Shown: positions 39,494-50,908 of the stretch, piece after piece
Numbering within the stretch: the stretch's first letter is position 1
Layout: the number at the start of each line of letters is the position of its first letter
From: Fibrobacterota bacterium
GTDB lineage: Bacteria; Fibrobacterota; Fibrobacteria; UBA11236
NCBI GenBank assembly: GCA_028287505.1
Contig: JAQBPN010000070.1
Coordinates: 3,671 to 67,670, forward strand
Direction: 5' to 3'
DNA length: 64,000 bases
Position numbers and translations under genes: made by a program
The notes under the pieces: generated by a model
Database searches by the model: none
Told to the model about the DNA's origin: nothing
Seen by the model: only the letters and a program-made list of their open reading frames with translations

Positions 39494-40672
39494 ATGGCAC
39501 GCCCCGAAACTCTCGTTCTTCTGGCCCTTGGCAGCAACCTGAATGATCGCGAGGGGTATATCCAAAAAGCCCTGGACGCCATCCGGACAATCGCAACCGC
39601 GCCCATCCAAAAATCCAAAGTCTACGAGACTTCGCCGGTGGGCCCGGGTCCCCAAGGCAAGTACCTGAACATGGTGGTCCGCTTTTCCACGCGCCTGGAA
39701 GCGCGGGCCCTGCTCAACTTCTGCCTGGAAACCGAATCCCGTCTCGGGCGCAAGTCCCGGGGCCGCTGGGCCGCGCGGGAAATCGATCTGGACATCCTCG
39801 CCTATGGCCGGGAAATCATCCACGAGGACGGCCTCGCCGTCCCCCATCCTTCCATTCTCGATCGCCAATTCGTGCTGGTGCCCATGACGGATCTGGATCC
39901 GGATTTCATCCTTCCGGGTTTCAAGGAAACGGTGGGCAGGCAATTGCAGCGCTGCATCGAAGTGCAGGGCCCCCAGGACGTGGAGGAGTATCGGCCCATG
40001 CCCGCATCGCAAGTGTCCTTGCCGGAACGCATCCGTTACGTGGCCGTGGAAGGCGTCATCGGCGTGGGCAAATCGACCCTGGTCAAGGCCCTCTGCGATC
40101 GCATGGGATGCATGCCCCTGTTCGAGGAATTCGAGAACAATCCGTTCCTGTCCGATTTCTACAAGGACAAATCCCGCTACGCCTTCCAGACCCAGGTGTT
40201 CTTCTTCCTGTCCCGGTACCGGCAGATCCAGGAGGTCTTTCCGCAGCAGGATCTGTTCCGCCCGCAGATCCTCAGCGATTACATGTTCGCCAAGGACAAG
40301 ATTTTCGCCACGCTCAACCTGGACGAGAACGAAGTGAACCTGTACTACAAGTTCGCGGATATCCTCGAGCGGAACCTGATCAAACCGGATTACGCCATCT
40401 ACCTTCAGGCGGATACCAAGACCCTGATGAACCGCATCAAGCTGCGGGACAGACCCTACGAGCGGACCATGGACGAAGCCTACATCGAGGCCCTGAACCG
40501 GGCCTACAACCACTTCTTCCATTATTATTCCGGCTCGCCCCTGATGATCATCAACACCAACAACATCGATTTCGTCCGCAATCCGGAGGATCTGAACCTG
40601 TTGATGGAGACGATTGCGAAGGCGCCGGAGGGGGTTACTTACTTTTCGCCCACCTCCATGGGTAAGAAATAA
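39494..40672 (+). CDS. folK: Bifunctional fusion: 6-hydroxymethyl-7,8-dihydropterin pyrophosphokinase (HPPK/FolK) fused to a deoxynucleoside kinase
   Basis: N-terminal LVLLALGSNL...VYETSPVGPGPQ...REIDLDILAYG...AVPHPSILDRQFVLVPM is HPPK. C-terminal YVAVEGVIGVGKSTLVKAL plus the dNK/dCK-family ERF/DRY-like core. Start is Met69 of ORF 39290..40672. Confidence 0.8.
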   Translation: MARPETLVLLALGSNLNDREGYIQKALDAIRTIATAPIQKSKVYETSPVGPGPQGKYLNMVVRFSTRLEARALLNFCLETESRLGRKSRGRWAAREIDLDILAYGREIIHEDGLAVPHPSILDRQFVLVPMTDLDPDFILPGFKETVGRQLQRCIEVQGPQDVEEYRPMPASQVSLPERIRYVAVEGVIGVGKSTLVKALCDRMGCMPLFEEFENNPFLSDFYKDKSRYAFQTQVFFFLSRYRQIQEVFPQQDLFRPQILSDYMFAKDKIFATLNLDENEVNLYYKFADILERNLIKPDYAIYLQADTKTLMNRIKLRDRPYERTMDEAYIEALNRAYNHFFHYYSGSPLMIINTNNIDFVRNPEDLNLLMETIAKAPEGVTYFSPTSMGKK

Positions 40673-40762
40673 GTAACCTCATACTTCTCGCCCACTTTCA
40701 TGGGGAAGAAGCAGTTTCAGGCTTTCCGCGGCGGCGCGGGCAACGGCTACGCGGGGTATGCG

Positions 40763-41602
40763 ATGGAAATTATCAAGACAGTCGGGGACTACCGCGTCTG
40801 GCGCAAGGACCTGGGACCGGACCTGACCGTGGGCTTTGTGCCGACCATGGGCGCCTTGCATGCGGGCCACATGAAACTGGTGGAGACCAGCGGCAGGGCG
40901 AACGACATCACGGTGGTTTCCATCTTCGTCAACCCCCTGCAATTCGGACCGGCTGAGGATTTCTCCCGTTACCCCCGTCCCTTCGAAGCGGACAGCCTTC
41001 TCTGCCGCGAGGCGGGTGTCGCCGCCATTTTCGCTCCGGAAGCGCCGACCTTCTATCCGCCGGATTTCTCCGCTTATTGCGAGGTGCCGGGACCGGACAG
41101 GTTCCTGGACGGAGCCTCGCGGCCGGGACACTTCCGCGGCGTTTGCACCGTAGTGCTCAAGCTGTTCAACATCGTGAATCCGGACAGGGCCTATTTCGGC
41201 CAGAAGGACATCCAGCAGGCCTTGATCCTCCGGAAGCTGGTACGCGACTTCTCCCTGGATCTGGAATTGGAAATCGTGGAAACGGTCCGCGAGGCGACGG
41301 GCCTGGCCCTGAGCTCCCGTAACGTCTACCTTACCCCGGACGAAAAGTCCCGCGCCACGGCACTGTCCAGGGGATTGTTCCGCGCGAAGGAAGCCTGGAC
41401 CCGGGGCGAGAAATCGGCGGAGACCCTCAAGGCGATGATGCGGTCGGAGATCGAAGCCTCCTCCCCCACCCGCATCGACTATATCGAAGCGGTGTCCCAG
41501 GCCGATTTGGCGCCGGCGGAGACCCTGTCCAAACCTTCTGTATTGGCGGTAGCGGTCTTCTACGGCAAGACGCGCCTAATCGACAACGTGCTCTTGGACT
41601 GA
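40763..41602 (+). CDS. panC: Pantoate--beta-alanine ligase
   Basis: GFVPTMGALHAGHMKLV (HIGH-like), FVNPLQFGP and YFGQKDIQQ motifs; 279 aa from Met22 of ORF 40700..41602. Confidence 0.9.
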   Translation: MEIIKTVGDYRVWRKDLGPDLTVGFVPTMGALHAGHMKLVETSGRANDITVVSIFVNPLQFGPAEDFSRYPRPFEADSLLCREAGVAAIFAPEAPTFYPPDFSAYCEVPGPDRFLDGASRPGHFRGVCTVVLKLFNIVNPDRAYFGQKDIQQALILRKLVRDFSLDLELEIVETVREATGLALSSRNVYLTPDEKSRATALSRGLFRAKEAWTRGEKSAETLKAMMRSEIEASSPTRIDYIEAVSQADLAPAETLSKPSVLAVAVFYGKTRLIDNVLLD

Positions 41603-41606
41603 AAGG

Positions 41607-43034
41607 TCACAACCTGATCTGGAATCCCGCCCGTCCCTGGGCGGCCGCGCCCAGATAAACGTTTCCCGGCACCCAGCCGGCGGTCTTCGCATCCGCCTCC
41701 GCATACAGTTCGAAGTATGACCGCAAGGGAAGCGCCGCTTCCACCCGCGCGGATCCGCCGGGAAGCACGGAGGTGGTGCGGTAGAGCTGGTCTTCCGGTT
41801 GCAACCAGGCGGAGGCGCCGCAGGTGAGGTACAGTTGCCTGCGTCCCGCCAGGAGGGGGTAACGGAAAAGTTCCCCTCCCAATCCCGGCAAGGCCATTTC
41901 CCCGTTCACGAATCCCTGCGCGGAAAAGGCCCAGGACCATTTTCCCCGCCGCACCAGGATGTCCCCTCCCACGTCGTATCCGAACGGCGTCAGATGATGC
42001 GCCAGGCCGAAGTTCCAGAGGATGCCCCCGCCGTCCCAGGGGCTTGCGCCGGGGAGCCAATCGCGTCCGATCATCTGGGGCGAAACCAGGTTGAGCAGGG
42101 ACAGGCCCGCCTGCAGCCTGAGATAGCCGCGCTCGTCCGCGGTCAGATCGGAATACAACAGGTAACGATCGAACCCCTGCCCGGACGGATGGACGCGGCC
42201 CCGCGGGCCGGCGGCATAGGCCTCATCGGGATGCCGCATATCGTACACCCAGGCGCGGAAATCCAGACCGGTGAAATCCCGCTGGCTTTCCGCCGTTTCG
42301 TTGCGGTTGGCCTTTTCCAGATCCGCATCGAAATCCTTGCCGGAGCAGATGTAGATATACAGGGTTCCGTTCAAGCCCGTCGCCCACCAATTGACGGCGT
42401 CGTAATCGGACCGGCGGCCCAGGAAGAAGTTGTTGCGCCGCATCAACCGCACCGACTCCGTCTCTCCTTCGAGGCCCGCTTCCATCAGCCGGGTGAAATC
42501 GGCGGGATGCCTGTCTTTCAACTCCGCCAGATCCCGGTCGGCCACGTGATCGACGGAAACCGTTTCCGTGCCGATGTTCCAATGGTAAATGCCGTTGTAG
42601 CTGGAGATGCCGTATTGCGTCATCACCGCGCGATGCCATTCCTCGTGCATCCAGCCGTCGCCCAGCGGCAGGTAGACGGAGAGAATATTGAAAACCCCCA
42701 GGGAAGCGTAAGTGCCGACTGCGCGCCATCCCGCCGGCCTCACCCCTTCCCACAACCAGCCGATGGTCTGATCCGCCCATTGGGTGGCGCCCGCGTTCCA
42801 AAGCAGGGTTTGGCGCATGGAGGGCGATTCGAATCCGCCGCGCAATCCATAGGGCAGATCGGTCAAGGGAACGGGAATGAGCAGGGGTGCGCCGGGATAC
42901 AACGGACGCAAGGTGGAATCCCGGACCGAGGGCGGAATGGGAATGCCCGCCGGTTGGCCCTCCGCCGGTAGGACGGAGAGCCAACAGCAGGCTATGAGAC
43001 TGGAAATGCCCGGGATGGAAACCCGTTCAAGCAT
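41607..43034 (-). CDS. Hypothetical secreted or outer-membrane protein (475 aa)
   Basis: N-terminal hydrophobic signal ([17 protein letters not shown], possible lipobox). Trp/Tyr/Gly-rich. No family recognised. Confidence 0.45.
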   Translation of the reverse strand: MLERVSIPGISSLIACCWLSVLPAEGQPAGIPIPPSVRDSTLRPLYPGAPLLIPVPLTDLPYGLRGGFESPSMRQTLLWNAGATQWADQTIGWLWEGVRPAGWRAVGTYASLGVFNILSVYLPLGDGWMHEEWHRAVMTQYGISSYNGIYHWNIGTETVSVDHVADRDLAELKDRHPADFTRLMEAGLEGETESVRLMRRNNFFLGRRSDYDAVNWWATGLNGTLYIYICSGKDFDADLEKANRNETAESQRDFTGLDFRAWVYDMRHPDEAYAAGPRGRVHPSGQGFDRYLLYSDLTADERGYLRLQAGLSLLNLVSPQMIGRDWLPGASPWDGGGILWNFGLAHHLTPFGYDVGGDILVRRGKWSWAFSAQGFVNGEMALPGLGGELFRYPLLAGRRQLYLTCGASAWLQPEDQLYRTTSVLPGGSARVEAALPLRSYFELYAEADAKTAGWVPGNVYLGAAAQGRAGFQIRL

Positions 43035-44100
43035 TTTTCTTGGCGAAATCCCTCATCACCGAGACCAGGGCGTCGATGCTTTCCAGTTCCAGCGCATTGT
43101 AGATGGAAGCGCGGAAGCCGCCCACCGAGCGGTGGCCGGGAAGGCCGGAAAGGCCCGCGGCCAGGGCTTCCTTGCCGAACGCCTCTTCCAACTCGGGCTT
43201 CTCCATCACGAAGGTGACGTTCATGCGCGAACGATCTTCCTTGGCCGTGGTTCCCTTGAAGAGCGGGTTCTCGTCGATCTCCTTGTAGAGGCGCTGGGCC
43301 TTTTCCTCGGCGCGCTTCTGCATGGCGGAGACGCCGCCCATCTGCTTGACCCACTTCAGGGTTTCCATGGCCATGTAGACGGCGAACACCGGGGGCGTGT
43401 TGTACATGGAGCCTTCCGCGATGTGGATCTTGTAGTCCAGCATGGAGGGAATCTTGCGTTTCACCTTGCCCAGCAGGTCGTCCCGCACGATGACCAGGGT
43501 GGTTCCCGCGATGCCCATGTTCTTCTGGGCGCCGGCGTAGATGAGGCCGAACTTGGAAACGTCCACGGGACGGCTGAAAATGTCGCTGGACATGTCCGCC
43601 ACCACGGGAACGGGCGATTCCGGGAAATGCTGCATCTGCGTCCCGAAAATGGTGTTGTTGCTGGTCACGTGGAAATACTTCGCGTCCTTGGGGATTTCGT
43701 ATCCCTTGGGAATGAAATTGTAGTTCGCATCCTTGGACGAGGCGACCACCTTCACGTTTCCGAAAATCTTGGCTTCCTTGATGGCCTTGTTGGCCCACGT
43801 GCCCGTGTCCAGATAGGCGGCGGATTCGCCTTCATCCAGAAGATTGTACGGGACCATGGCGAACTGCAGGCTGGCTCCGCCCTGGAGGTAAACGACGGAG
43901 TAGCCGGCGGGAACGCCGAGCAGTTCCTTGACCAGAGAGACGGCCTGATCCATCACGGCGATGAAATCCTTGCCGCGATGCGACATCTCGAGAAGCGAGA
44001 GGCCCTTCCCATTGAACTCGAGGCAGGCTTTCGCGCCCGCCTCCATGGCCTGGCGGGGCAGGATTCCCGGGCCGGCGCTGAAATTATGAATCTTCGGCAT
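43027..44100 (-). CDS. serC: Phosphoserine aminotransferase
   Basis: [15 protein letters not shown]...; PLP-lysine region ([18 protein letters not shown]); 357 aa. Confidence 0.9.
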   Translation of the reverse strand: MPKIHNFSAGPGILPRQAMEAGAKACLEFNGKGLSLLEMSHRGKDFIAVMDQAVSLVKELLGVPAGYSVVYLQGGASLQFAMVPYNLLDEGESAAYLDTGTWANKAIKEAKIFGNVKVVASSKDANYNFIPKGYEIPKDAKYFHVTSNNTIFGTQMQHFPESPVPVVADMSSDIFSRPVDVSKFGLIYAGAQKNMGIAGTTLVIVRDDLLGKVKRKIPSMLDYKIHIAEGSMYNTPPVFAVYMAMETLKWVKQMGGVSAMQKRAEEKAQRLYKEIDENPLFKGTTAKEDRSRMNVTFVMEKPELEEAFGKEALAAGLSGLPGHRSVGGFRASIYNALELESIDALVSVMRDFAKKNA

Positions 44101-44324
44101 TTTGCTTTCCCTTCGTGTCGGAATCCAAAAGTTAAACTTTTCGGGAACCTTTGTCGCGCCCGACCCTTGGCCTTTATGGCACTATGGGAATTTTCTCCGG
44201 GAGCGGATTTTGGGGCTGTACAGGCATATCCGGCCGGAAACGGGGAGACGCGGTTACCCGATCGGGGCGGCCGCCGATCCAATCGGCCACCGATCCTATC
44301 GGCCGGCAGGGGGCCGGCCCCGGT

Positions 44325-44714
44325 CTAAAAGCCGAAGCGGGCGACCGCCGTGGTCTGGATGCCGCCCCGGGCGTTGAAGACCCCCTTCACTTCCATGCGC
44401 TTGGGGGCGCTGGCCTTGACGCAGTCCCCCAGGACCCGGTTCACCACGTGTTCGTGGAAGATGCCGATTTCCCGATAGTTGAGAACATATTCCTTGAGGC
44501 TTTTCAGCTCCAGGCAAAGCTTGTCCGGAGTGTACGAGATCTGCAGGGTGGCGAAATCCGGCAGCCCGGTCTTGGGACAGATGCAGGTGAACTCCGGAAT
44601 ACTCACTTCAATGACGGTATCCGTGCCGGGATACTGGAATTCCCAGGATTCGATGACGGGCATTTCCATGCCGGGAATATGGGATTGGCGGCCTTCATAG
44701 GATGATTCTTGCAT
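44325..44714 (-). CDS. queF: NADPH-dependent 7-cyano-7-deazaguanine reductase
   Basis: EFTCICPKTGLPDFATLQISY (QueF catalytic Cys and preQ0-binding motif); 129 aa; YkvM-type. Confidence 0.85.
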   Translation of the reverse strand: MQESSYEGRQSHIPGMEMPVIESWEFQYPGTDTVIEVSIPEFTCICPKTGLPDFATLQISYTPDKLCLELKSLKEYVLNYREIGIFHEHVVNRVLGDCVKASAPKRMEVKGVFNARGGIQTTAVARFGF

Positions 44715-44739
44715 GGATGACTCTCTTTGCTTCGACGCT

Positions 44740-46110
44740 TTACAGGTCTTCGAACGCGGAAACGCTTTGTTCCCCGGTTTTGAGATCCTTCACTTCATAC
44801 CGTCCCTCGGTCCCTTTGTCGGAGCCGAAGAAAAGCACCCGGCCCGCGCCCTGATCGTTGGCCTGGGACATTTGCTTCTTGACCTTTTCCCCCGAGAGCG
44901 AATACCCCACGCGCCGTCCCTCGGCTCTCAGCTTCTGGGCCAGGAGCATCAATTGCGGGTTGGGCAGCTTGGAATCGTTGGGAGACACGTCGACCAGGAA
45001 ATAGTCGAGCGGCTCGCGGCCGGAGGGCAGCAGGTTTTTTTCGCGCAGCAGGTCCGCCAGGACCACGTCCCCCATGCCGAACCCCACTCCGGTCAGGGAG
45101 TTTCCGCCCAGACTGGCCAACAGGTTGTCATACCGGCCTCCCCCGGCCACGGCCCGCATGCCGATGCCTTTGTCGTAGACCTCGAAGACTATCCCGGTGT
45201 AATAGGCCAGGCCGCGCACCACGGATAGGTCCAGGTTCAGGTAGTCTCCATAACCGAGGGCGTGCATATACTCGAAAAGCTTTTCCAATTCCCACAAACC
45301 GCTTTTCGCGACCTTGGGCGCGGGCGCGCCGGGAACCGATGCGGAGGCGGTATCGGGCGCGGCAGCCTCTTCAGAAGCCGCGGACGCGGGAAAATAGGCC
45401 TTCAATTCCTCCAGGCCCTTGCACTTGAAAAAAGCCTCGATGGCGTCGATGCTGGCGGGGGTCAAACCCTCCTTGGCCAACAGGTTCCGGAACTCGGTCT
45501 CGCCCAGCTTGGCGCGTTTGTCCAGGGCGGCATAGACGGGCGCCTTCTTGTCCGCGGCCACGCCCTGCCTGTCCAGGAACTCGGAAAGCAGCCGGCGGCT
45601 CGAGACCTGGATGGAAAAGTCCTTGGAATCCAGGCCGAATGCCTTGAGCATCCCGATGATGGCGGATAACAGATCCACTTCGGCCGCGATGCTCTCGCAA
45701 CCGATGATGTCCATGTTGAGCTGGAAGAATTCGCGCAGACGGCCGCGCTGGGACTTTTCGTACCTGAACAGGCGCGGGATCGAGAACCAGCGCAGGGGCA
45801 GCTTGAGGCTGTTGCCCTTCTGGTTGACCATGCGGGCCAGGGTCGGAGTCATTTCAGGACGCAGGGCGATGTCCCGGTCGCCCTTGTCCTTGAAGTTGTA
45901 TAACTGGGTGACGATTTCCTGGCCGGATTTTTCCGTGAACAGTTCCAGGTTCTCGAAAGTGGGGCCCTCGTATTCTTCGAAGCCGAAATCCAGGCAGGCC
46001 CGGCGCCACACGTCGAAAAGATGGTTCTGGACGCGCATGTCCTCCGGGTAGAAGTCCCGGGTGCCCTTGGGAGCTTGCAGAGGGGCTTGCGATTGCGATG
46101 GAGAGTTCAT
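44740..46110 (-). CDS. hisS: Histidine--tRNA ligase
   Basis: PKGTRDFYPEDM...ALRPEMT (class II motifs), HisA/HisB boxes, C-terminal anticodon-binding domain. Start at MNSPSQ (Met71 of ORF 44740..46320). Confidence 0.9.
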   Translation of the reverse strand: MNSPSQSQAPLQAPKGTRDFYPEDMRVQNHLFDVWRRACLDFGFEEYEGPTFENLELFTEKSGQEIVTQLYNFKDKGDRDIALRPEMTPTLARMVNQKGNSLKLPLRWFSIPRLFRYEKSQRGRLREFFQLNMDIIGCESIAAEVDLLSAIIGMLKAFGLDSKDFSIQVSSRRLLSEFLDRQGVAADKKAPVYAALDKRAKLGETEFRNLLAKEGLTPASIDAIEAFFKCKGLEELKAYFPASAASEEAAAPDTASASVPGAPAPKVAKSGLWELEKLFEYMHALGYGDYLNLDLSVVRGLAYYTGIVFEVYDKGIGMRAVAGGGRYDNLLASLGGNSLTGVGFGMGDVVLADLLREKNLLPSGREPLDYFLVDVSPNDSKLPNPQLMLLAQKLRAEGRRVGYSLSGEKVKKQMSQANDQGAGRVLFFGSDKGTEGRYEVKDLKTGEQSVSAFEDL

Positions 46111-46334
46111 GCGTCGGGGACCTGGTTGATGATGGTGTCGGACAGCCAATTTAGCTAATGTGCCGCGCCCGATAAACCGCATTAAGGGGGGCATTTTCAG
46201 GGGTCCGGAAAGGCTGCGTTTTCGACACGGATAGCTTGGAAAACACCCTCGAATTTCATACATTTTCAGGGCTGTGAGGACACCATTTCCGACTCGATTT
46301 TGAGGCCGCGAAAACCGCATTTTCAGCGTACGGA
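46111..46334. promoter_or_regulatory. Divergent hisS/surE promoter region containing a repeated GCATTTTCAG motif (3 exact copies) plus a degenerate AACCGCATTAAGG copy
   Basis: Seen in sequence: ...aaccgcattaagggg...gcattttcagggg...acattttcagggc...ccgcattttcagcg... Possible regulator-binding direct repeats. Confidence 0.25.
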
Positions 46335-47108
46335 ATGAAGATTCTAATCACCAACGATGATGGTATCCTGAGCCCGGTCCTGACCGTTCTCGCGGATGCC
46401 CTCAGCCGGGAGCACCAAGTGCTCGTGGTCGCTCCGACCCACGACCAGAGCGGCATGTCCCAGGCGTTCACGCATGGCCTGGATAAGCGTCTCTCGTTCC
46501 GGGCCGAAGCCGGCTCCCCCTATCCCAAATACCAGGTCATGGGCACCCCTTGCGATTGCGTCAAGTTCGCCATAGCCCATTTGTTCAAGGATCGACCGGT
46601 CGATTTGGTCCTTTCCGGCATCAACCTGGGCGAGAATGCCGGGATGAGCGCCGTCTATTCCGGCACGGTCGCCGCGGCCCGGGAAGGCGCCATGTGGGGC
46701 ATCCCCTCCGTGGCCGTATCCGTCTGGAAGAACGCAGCCGACCACCTGGACTACGCCGTGGCCTGGATCCTGAAACTTTTGCGCGAACCCGCCGTTCTGC
46801 CCATCCGGCCGGGCGGCTTGTGGAACGTCAATTTCCCCCCTTGCGATCCCGAAGCAATCGAAGGGACCGAAATCACCGCCATGAGCACGGTGATGTTCAA
46901 GGACACTTACGAAGCCGTCCGGACCGAACACGGGATCACCGAGTTCCGCCTGGTAGGCTATAAGCCCCTGGAGCAGTTCCAGGCCGGCACCGACGACTAC
47001 GCTCTCGCCCGAAACCGTATTTCCATAACTCCTTTGCAAGTCAGCCAATCGGATTCCGGGGAAACCCGGCGCCTGGCGGGTCTGCAATCGCATTGGGACT
47101 CGCTGTAA
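46335..47108 (+). CDS. surE: 5'/3'-nucleotidase SurE
   Basis: MKILITNDDGILSP...SGINLGEN... matches the SurE family; 257 aa. Confidence 0.9.
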   Translation: MKILITNDDGILSPVLTVLADALSREHQVLVVAPTHDQSGMSQAFTHGLDKRLSFRAEAGSPYPKYQVMGTPCDCVKFAIAHLFKDRPVDLVLSGINLGENAGMSAVYSGTVAAAREGAMWGIPSVAVSVWKNAADHLDYAVAWILKLLREPAVLPIRPGGLWNVNFPPCDPEAIEGTEITAMSTVMFKDTYEAVRTEHGITEFRLVGYKPLEQFQAGTDDYALARNRISITPLQVSQSDSGETRRLAGLQSHWDSL

Positions 47109-47136
47109 CGGATTGAAGAACGCCCTAGGAGACTGA

Positions 47137-49746
47137 ATGGCCATACCGATACGCACCGCACCTGACAACGGCAAAATCGTGAATACCTTCATCGAAGAGG
47201 AAATGAAAACCTCTTACCTGAAGTATTCCATGTCCGTCATCGTGGCGCGCGCGCTGCCGGATGTCCGGGACGGGCTGAAGCCCGTGCATCGGCGCATCCT
47301 CTACGGCATGGAAAACCTCAGCCTCGCTCCCGAGCGTCCATACAAGAAATCGGCGACCATCGTCGGCGAAGTCATGGGCAAGTACCATCCCCACGGCGAT
47401 TCGGCCATCTACGAGTCCATCGTGCGCATGGCGCAGGACTTCTCCATGCGCTACCCGCTGGTGGACGGCCAGGGCAATTTCGGCTCCATCGACGGGGATC
47501 CTCCCGCGGCCATGCGTTATACCGAAGCCCGCATGAAGCGGTTCGCGGAAATGATGCTTCAGGACCTGGAGAAGAATACCGTCAACTTCACGCCCAACTA
47601 CGATTCCTCCCTGACCGAACCCTCGGTGCTTCCTTCCGCCTTCCCCAATCTGCTCGTCAACGGCAGCACCGGCATCGCCGTGGGCATGGCCACGAACATG
47701 GCTCCGCATAACCTGCGCGAAATCATCGGCGCCTGCATCGCCATGATCCACAATCCGGAAATCGCCATCGAGGAGCTCGTCAACTACGTCAGCGGTCCGG
47801 ACTTCCCCACCGGGGCCACCATCTACGGACGCAATGGGATCCGGGCGGCCTACCTCACCGGCCGCGGCAAGCTGCTGGTGCGCTCCAAGACCCACGTGGA
47901 AGTGGTCAACAACCGCAACCGCATCGTGGTCACGGAAATCCCCTACCAGGTCAACAAGACCAATCTGCTGGAAAAGATGGCCTCCCTGGTCCGGGACAAG
48001 ATCATCGAAGGCATCTCCGATCTGCGCGACGAGTCCGACAAGGACGGCATGAGCATCATCATCGAGCTCAAGAAGGACGCCTTCCCGGACATCATCCTCA
48101 ACCAGCTGTACAAGCATACCCAGCTCCAGGAAACCTTTTCCATCCACAACCTGGCCCTGGTGGAGAACCGTCCCCGCACCCTGAATCTGCGGGAAATCAT
48201 CTTCTACTTCCTGGAGCATCGCCACGAAGTGGTGCAACGCCGCACCCAGTTCGACCTGAACAAGGCCGAAGAGCGGGCCCACATCCTGGAAGGCCTGCGC
48301 ATCGCCCTGGATCATATCGACGAGATCATCAAGCTGATCCGCGCTTCCGATGACGGCGCGGCCGCCAAGGTCGGACTCATGTCGCAGTTCGGCCTCTCCG
48401 ATCGCCAGGCCGACGCCATCCTGGAAATGCGCCTGCAAAGGCTCACCGGCCTGGAGCGGGACAAGATCGAAGCCGAATACAAGGAACTGACGATCACGAT
48501 CGCGGACCTCAAGGACATCCTGGCCGACAAGGCGCGGCGCATGGCCATCATCGAGAACGAACTCAAGGAAATCGTGGAAAAATACGGCGACGAACGCCGC
48601 ACCATGATCGAAGACGCCGCCGACGACATCACCTACCTGGATCTGATCGCCAACGAGCCCATGATCGTGACCGTGTCGCACACGGGGTACATCAAGCGCA
48701 TCGGCACGGACGCGTACAAGACCCAGGGCCGCGGCGGCAAAGGCATTTCCGCCACAGGCCTCAAGGAAGAGGATTTCGTCGAGCATCTCTTCATCGCCTG
48801 GGCCCACAGTTACATCCTGGTCTTCACCAACAAGGGCCGCTGCCATTGGCTCAAGGTGTACGAGCTCCCGGAGGCGGCGCGCGCCTCCAAGGGCAAGGCC
48901 CTGGTCAACTTCATCAATCTGCTGGAGGGCGAGCATGTCAGCGCCTTCGTTCCCGTCAAGGACTTCGAGGATGCGCGCAGCGTGGTCCTCGTTACCGAGC
49001 ACGGTATCATCAATAAGATGTCCCTGGAGTCGTTCTCGCGGCCCCGCACCAACGGCATCAACGCTCTGACCCTGGACGATGGCGATACCCTCACCCAGGT
49101 AGTATTGGCCTCGGAAGCGGACGACGTGATGATCGGCACCAAGCTGGGCCAGGCCATCCGCTTCGCCATGTCCAAGTTCCGGCAGACCGGACGGGGAACG
49201 CGCGGCGTCAAGGGCATCACCCTCGATGAAGGCGATGCCGTCATCGGCATGATCATCGTCGAAAAGGGCTGCTCGGTCCTGACCATCACGGACAAGGGAT
49301 ACGGCAAGCGTACGGAACCGGACGAATACCGCATCACGGACCGAGGCGGCAAAGGCGTGCGCAACATCAAGGTGACCGACAAGAACGGTCCGGCGGTCTG
49401 CATCGAGATCGTCCGGGAAGGCCAGGAGATCCTGGTCATCACCAAGGAAGGCAACGTCATCCGCATGGGAGTGGCGGATATCAGCATCATCGGCCGCGAC
49501 ACGCAAGGCGTGCGGGTCATCCGCCTCAACGATACCGATCTGGTGACGGACGTGGCGGTGGTGGAAAGCGAAGACGTGGATCCGGCCATGCTGGAGTCCA
49601 CGGAGAACCAGAAGGTGGTCACGGCCCCGCCGGTGAACGGCGCGGTCCCTTCGGACGACGCCTCCGACGAAGCCTCCCTTTCCGAGGACGCTCCGGCTTC
49701 CGAAACGGATGAGGACGGTTCCGCACCCGAAGAAGAGGCGACCTAG
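47137..49746 (+). CDS. gyrA: DNA gyrase subunit A
   Basis: Active-site Tyr region, GyrA-box pinwheel repeats, acidic C-terminal tail; 869 aa. Confidence 0.95.
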   Translation: MAIPIRTAPDNGKIVNTFIEEEMKTSYLKYSMSVIVARALPDVRDGLKPVHRRILYGMENLSLAPERPYKKSATIVGEVMGKYHPHGDSAIYESIVRMAQDFSMRYPLVDGQGNFGSIDGDPPAAMRYTEARMKRFAEMMLQDLEKNTVNFTPNYDSSLTEPSVLPSAFPNLLVNGSTGIAVGMATNMAPHNLREIIGACIAMIHNPEIAIEELVNYVSGPDFPTGATIYGRNGIRAAYLTGRGKLLVRSKTHVEVVNNRNRIVVTEIPYQVNKTNLLEKMASLVRDKIIEGISDLRDESDKDGMSIIIELKKDAFPDIILNQLYKHTQLQETFSIHNLALVENRPRTLNLREIIFYFLEHRHEVVQRRTQFDLNKAEERAHILEGLRIALDHIDEIIKLIRASDDGAAAKVGLMSQFGLSDRQADAILEMRLQRLTGLERDKIEAEYKELTITIADLKDILADKARRMAIIENELKEIVEKYGDERRTMIEDAADDITYLDLIANEPMIVTVSHTGYIKRIGTDAYKTQGRGGKGISATGLKEEDFVEHLFIAWAHSYILVFTNKGRCHWLKVYELPEAARASKGKALVNFINLLEGEHVSAFVPVKDFEDARSVVLVTEHGIINKMSLESFSRPRTNGINALTLDDGDTLTQVVLASEADDVMIGTKLGQAIRFAMSKFRQTGRGTRGVKGITLDEGDAVIGMIIVEKGCSVLTITDKGYGKRTEPDEYRITDRGGKGVRNIKVTDKNGPAVCIEIVREGQEILVITKEGNVIRMGVADISIIGRDTQGVRVIRLNDTDLVTDVAVVESEDVDPAMLESTENQKVVTAPPVNGAVPSDDASDEASLSEDAPASETDEDGSAPEEEAT

Positions 49747-49750
49747 TCCC

Positions 49751-50863
49751 ATGATTCCGAAAGCGCCGGGCTCCCCTAAAGCACCGGCGCTTATTCGTTT
49801 CCCGATTTTCAATTTGCAATTTTCAATTTGCAAAATCGTCTTTTTCCTTCCCTTCCTGCTGCCCCTCTCCTCCCACGCCGTGCACTTCCCGGATACCGCG
49901 GATCTGAAAAAAGACTATCGCGTTTCCGCCCGCAAGGACGGCCGCCCGGCGGATTTCTTCCGCAAGGTGGACGGCGATTCCGCCACTCTGCACATCGAGT
50001 GGACCGGCCGGAGCATCACCGCCGCGCGCATCGAACAAGGCGGTGAATTCGATCCGGACAGCTTCAGCGTGGTGACCACGGAATTCGGGAACGGGGCCGC
50101 CTGGCACGAGTCCATGAGTTCCAAGGACGCCCAGGCCTTGAAGCTTTACCCCGGCCTGCAACAGGAATGGATCCTGAAAGGCTACGGCGGGGAAAAAGGC
50201 TGGCTCGGCTCGGGGGTGAACAAGGGACGTTACTTTCTCGTCTTCCGGGAAACGCCGCCCACCGCCGTCGCGACGGTTGCCGGACCCCTGCGCCTGAACC
50301 GCGGCGTATTCGCTTTCCTGGATTCCTCCTCGCAATGGCTGCACGTCCCCTGCCGGAATGAAAAAGACGCCGCCCTTCCGGACGGCAAGGCCAAAGGCAA
50401 AACCGCCCCCGTGTGCTTCAGCCCGGGCGATGATTCCCGTTTCATCGTCCGCATCGATCGGAAAAAACCCCTGGCCCTGCAGGCCTGGATGGAAGAAGGC
50501 GAGTCCGGGGCCTTGAAGGACATCAAAAGCGCGCTCAAGACCGTGCCGGATGCGGCCCAGGCGGAATATGCCCAGGATCTATCCCAGATGCTGTTGGGAG
50601 AAGCCCAGATGTTCCTGGTGAAACTTTCCCAGCGTCTGCCGGAAACCTTCAACTGGCCCTCCTGGCAAATCCAGGATTTCAAAGGGGGCAGAATCCCGGC
50701 CGCGGACTTCCTGCCCATCGTGCGCCGGCAGGAGAATCCCGGAGACTCCCTTCCGGCCTTCCGATTCGAAGATTCGGGGCTGAAGCTTTCGGTGAATCTA
50801 TATTACCAGGGAAGGTTCCACCTGTCGGCCGAGGAAAACGAAAAGGCGCGGAAAGCGCCTTGA
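49751..50863 (+). CDS. Hypothetical secreted protein
   Basis: Start at MIPKAPGSPK... (Met15 of ORF 49709..50863), followed by a hydrophobic h-region (IVFFLPFLLPLSSHA). No family recognised. Contains a tandem ttcaatttgcaa ×2 near its 5' end. Confidence 0.45.
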   Translation: MIPKAPGSPKAPALIRFPIFNLQFSICKIVFFLPFLLPLSSHAVHFPDTADLKKDYRVSARKDGRPADFFRKVDGDSATLHIEWTGRSITAARIEQGGEFDPDSFSVVTTEFGNGAAWHESMSSKDAQALKLYPGLQQEWILKGYGGEKGWLGSGVNKGRYFLVFRETPPTAVATVAGPLRLNRGVFAFLDSSSQWLHVPCRNEKDAALPDGKAKGKTAPVCFSPGDDSRFIVRIDRKKPLALQAWMEEGESGALKDIKSALKTVPDAAQAEYAQDLSQMLLGEAQMFLVKLSQRLPETFNWPSWQIQDFKGGRIPAADFLPIVRRQENPGDSLPAFRFEDSGLKLSVNLYYQGRFHLSAEENEKARKAP

Positions 50864-50908
50864 GTCCCTCCTGGTCCGGCGCCCTGGACCGGAACCCTGG
50901 AGAGTTCA

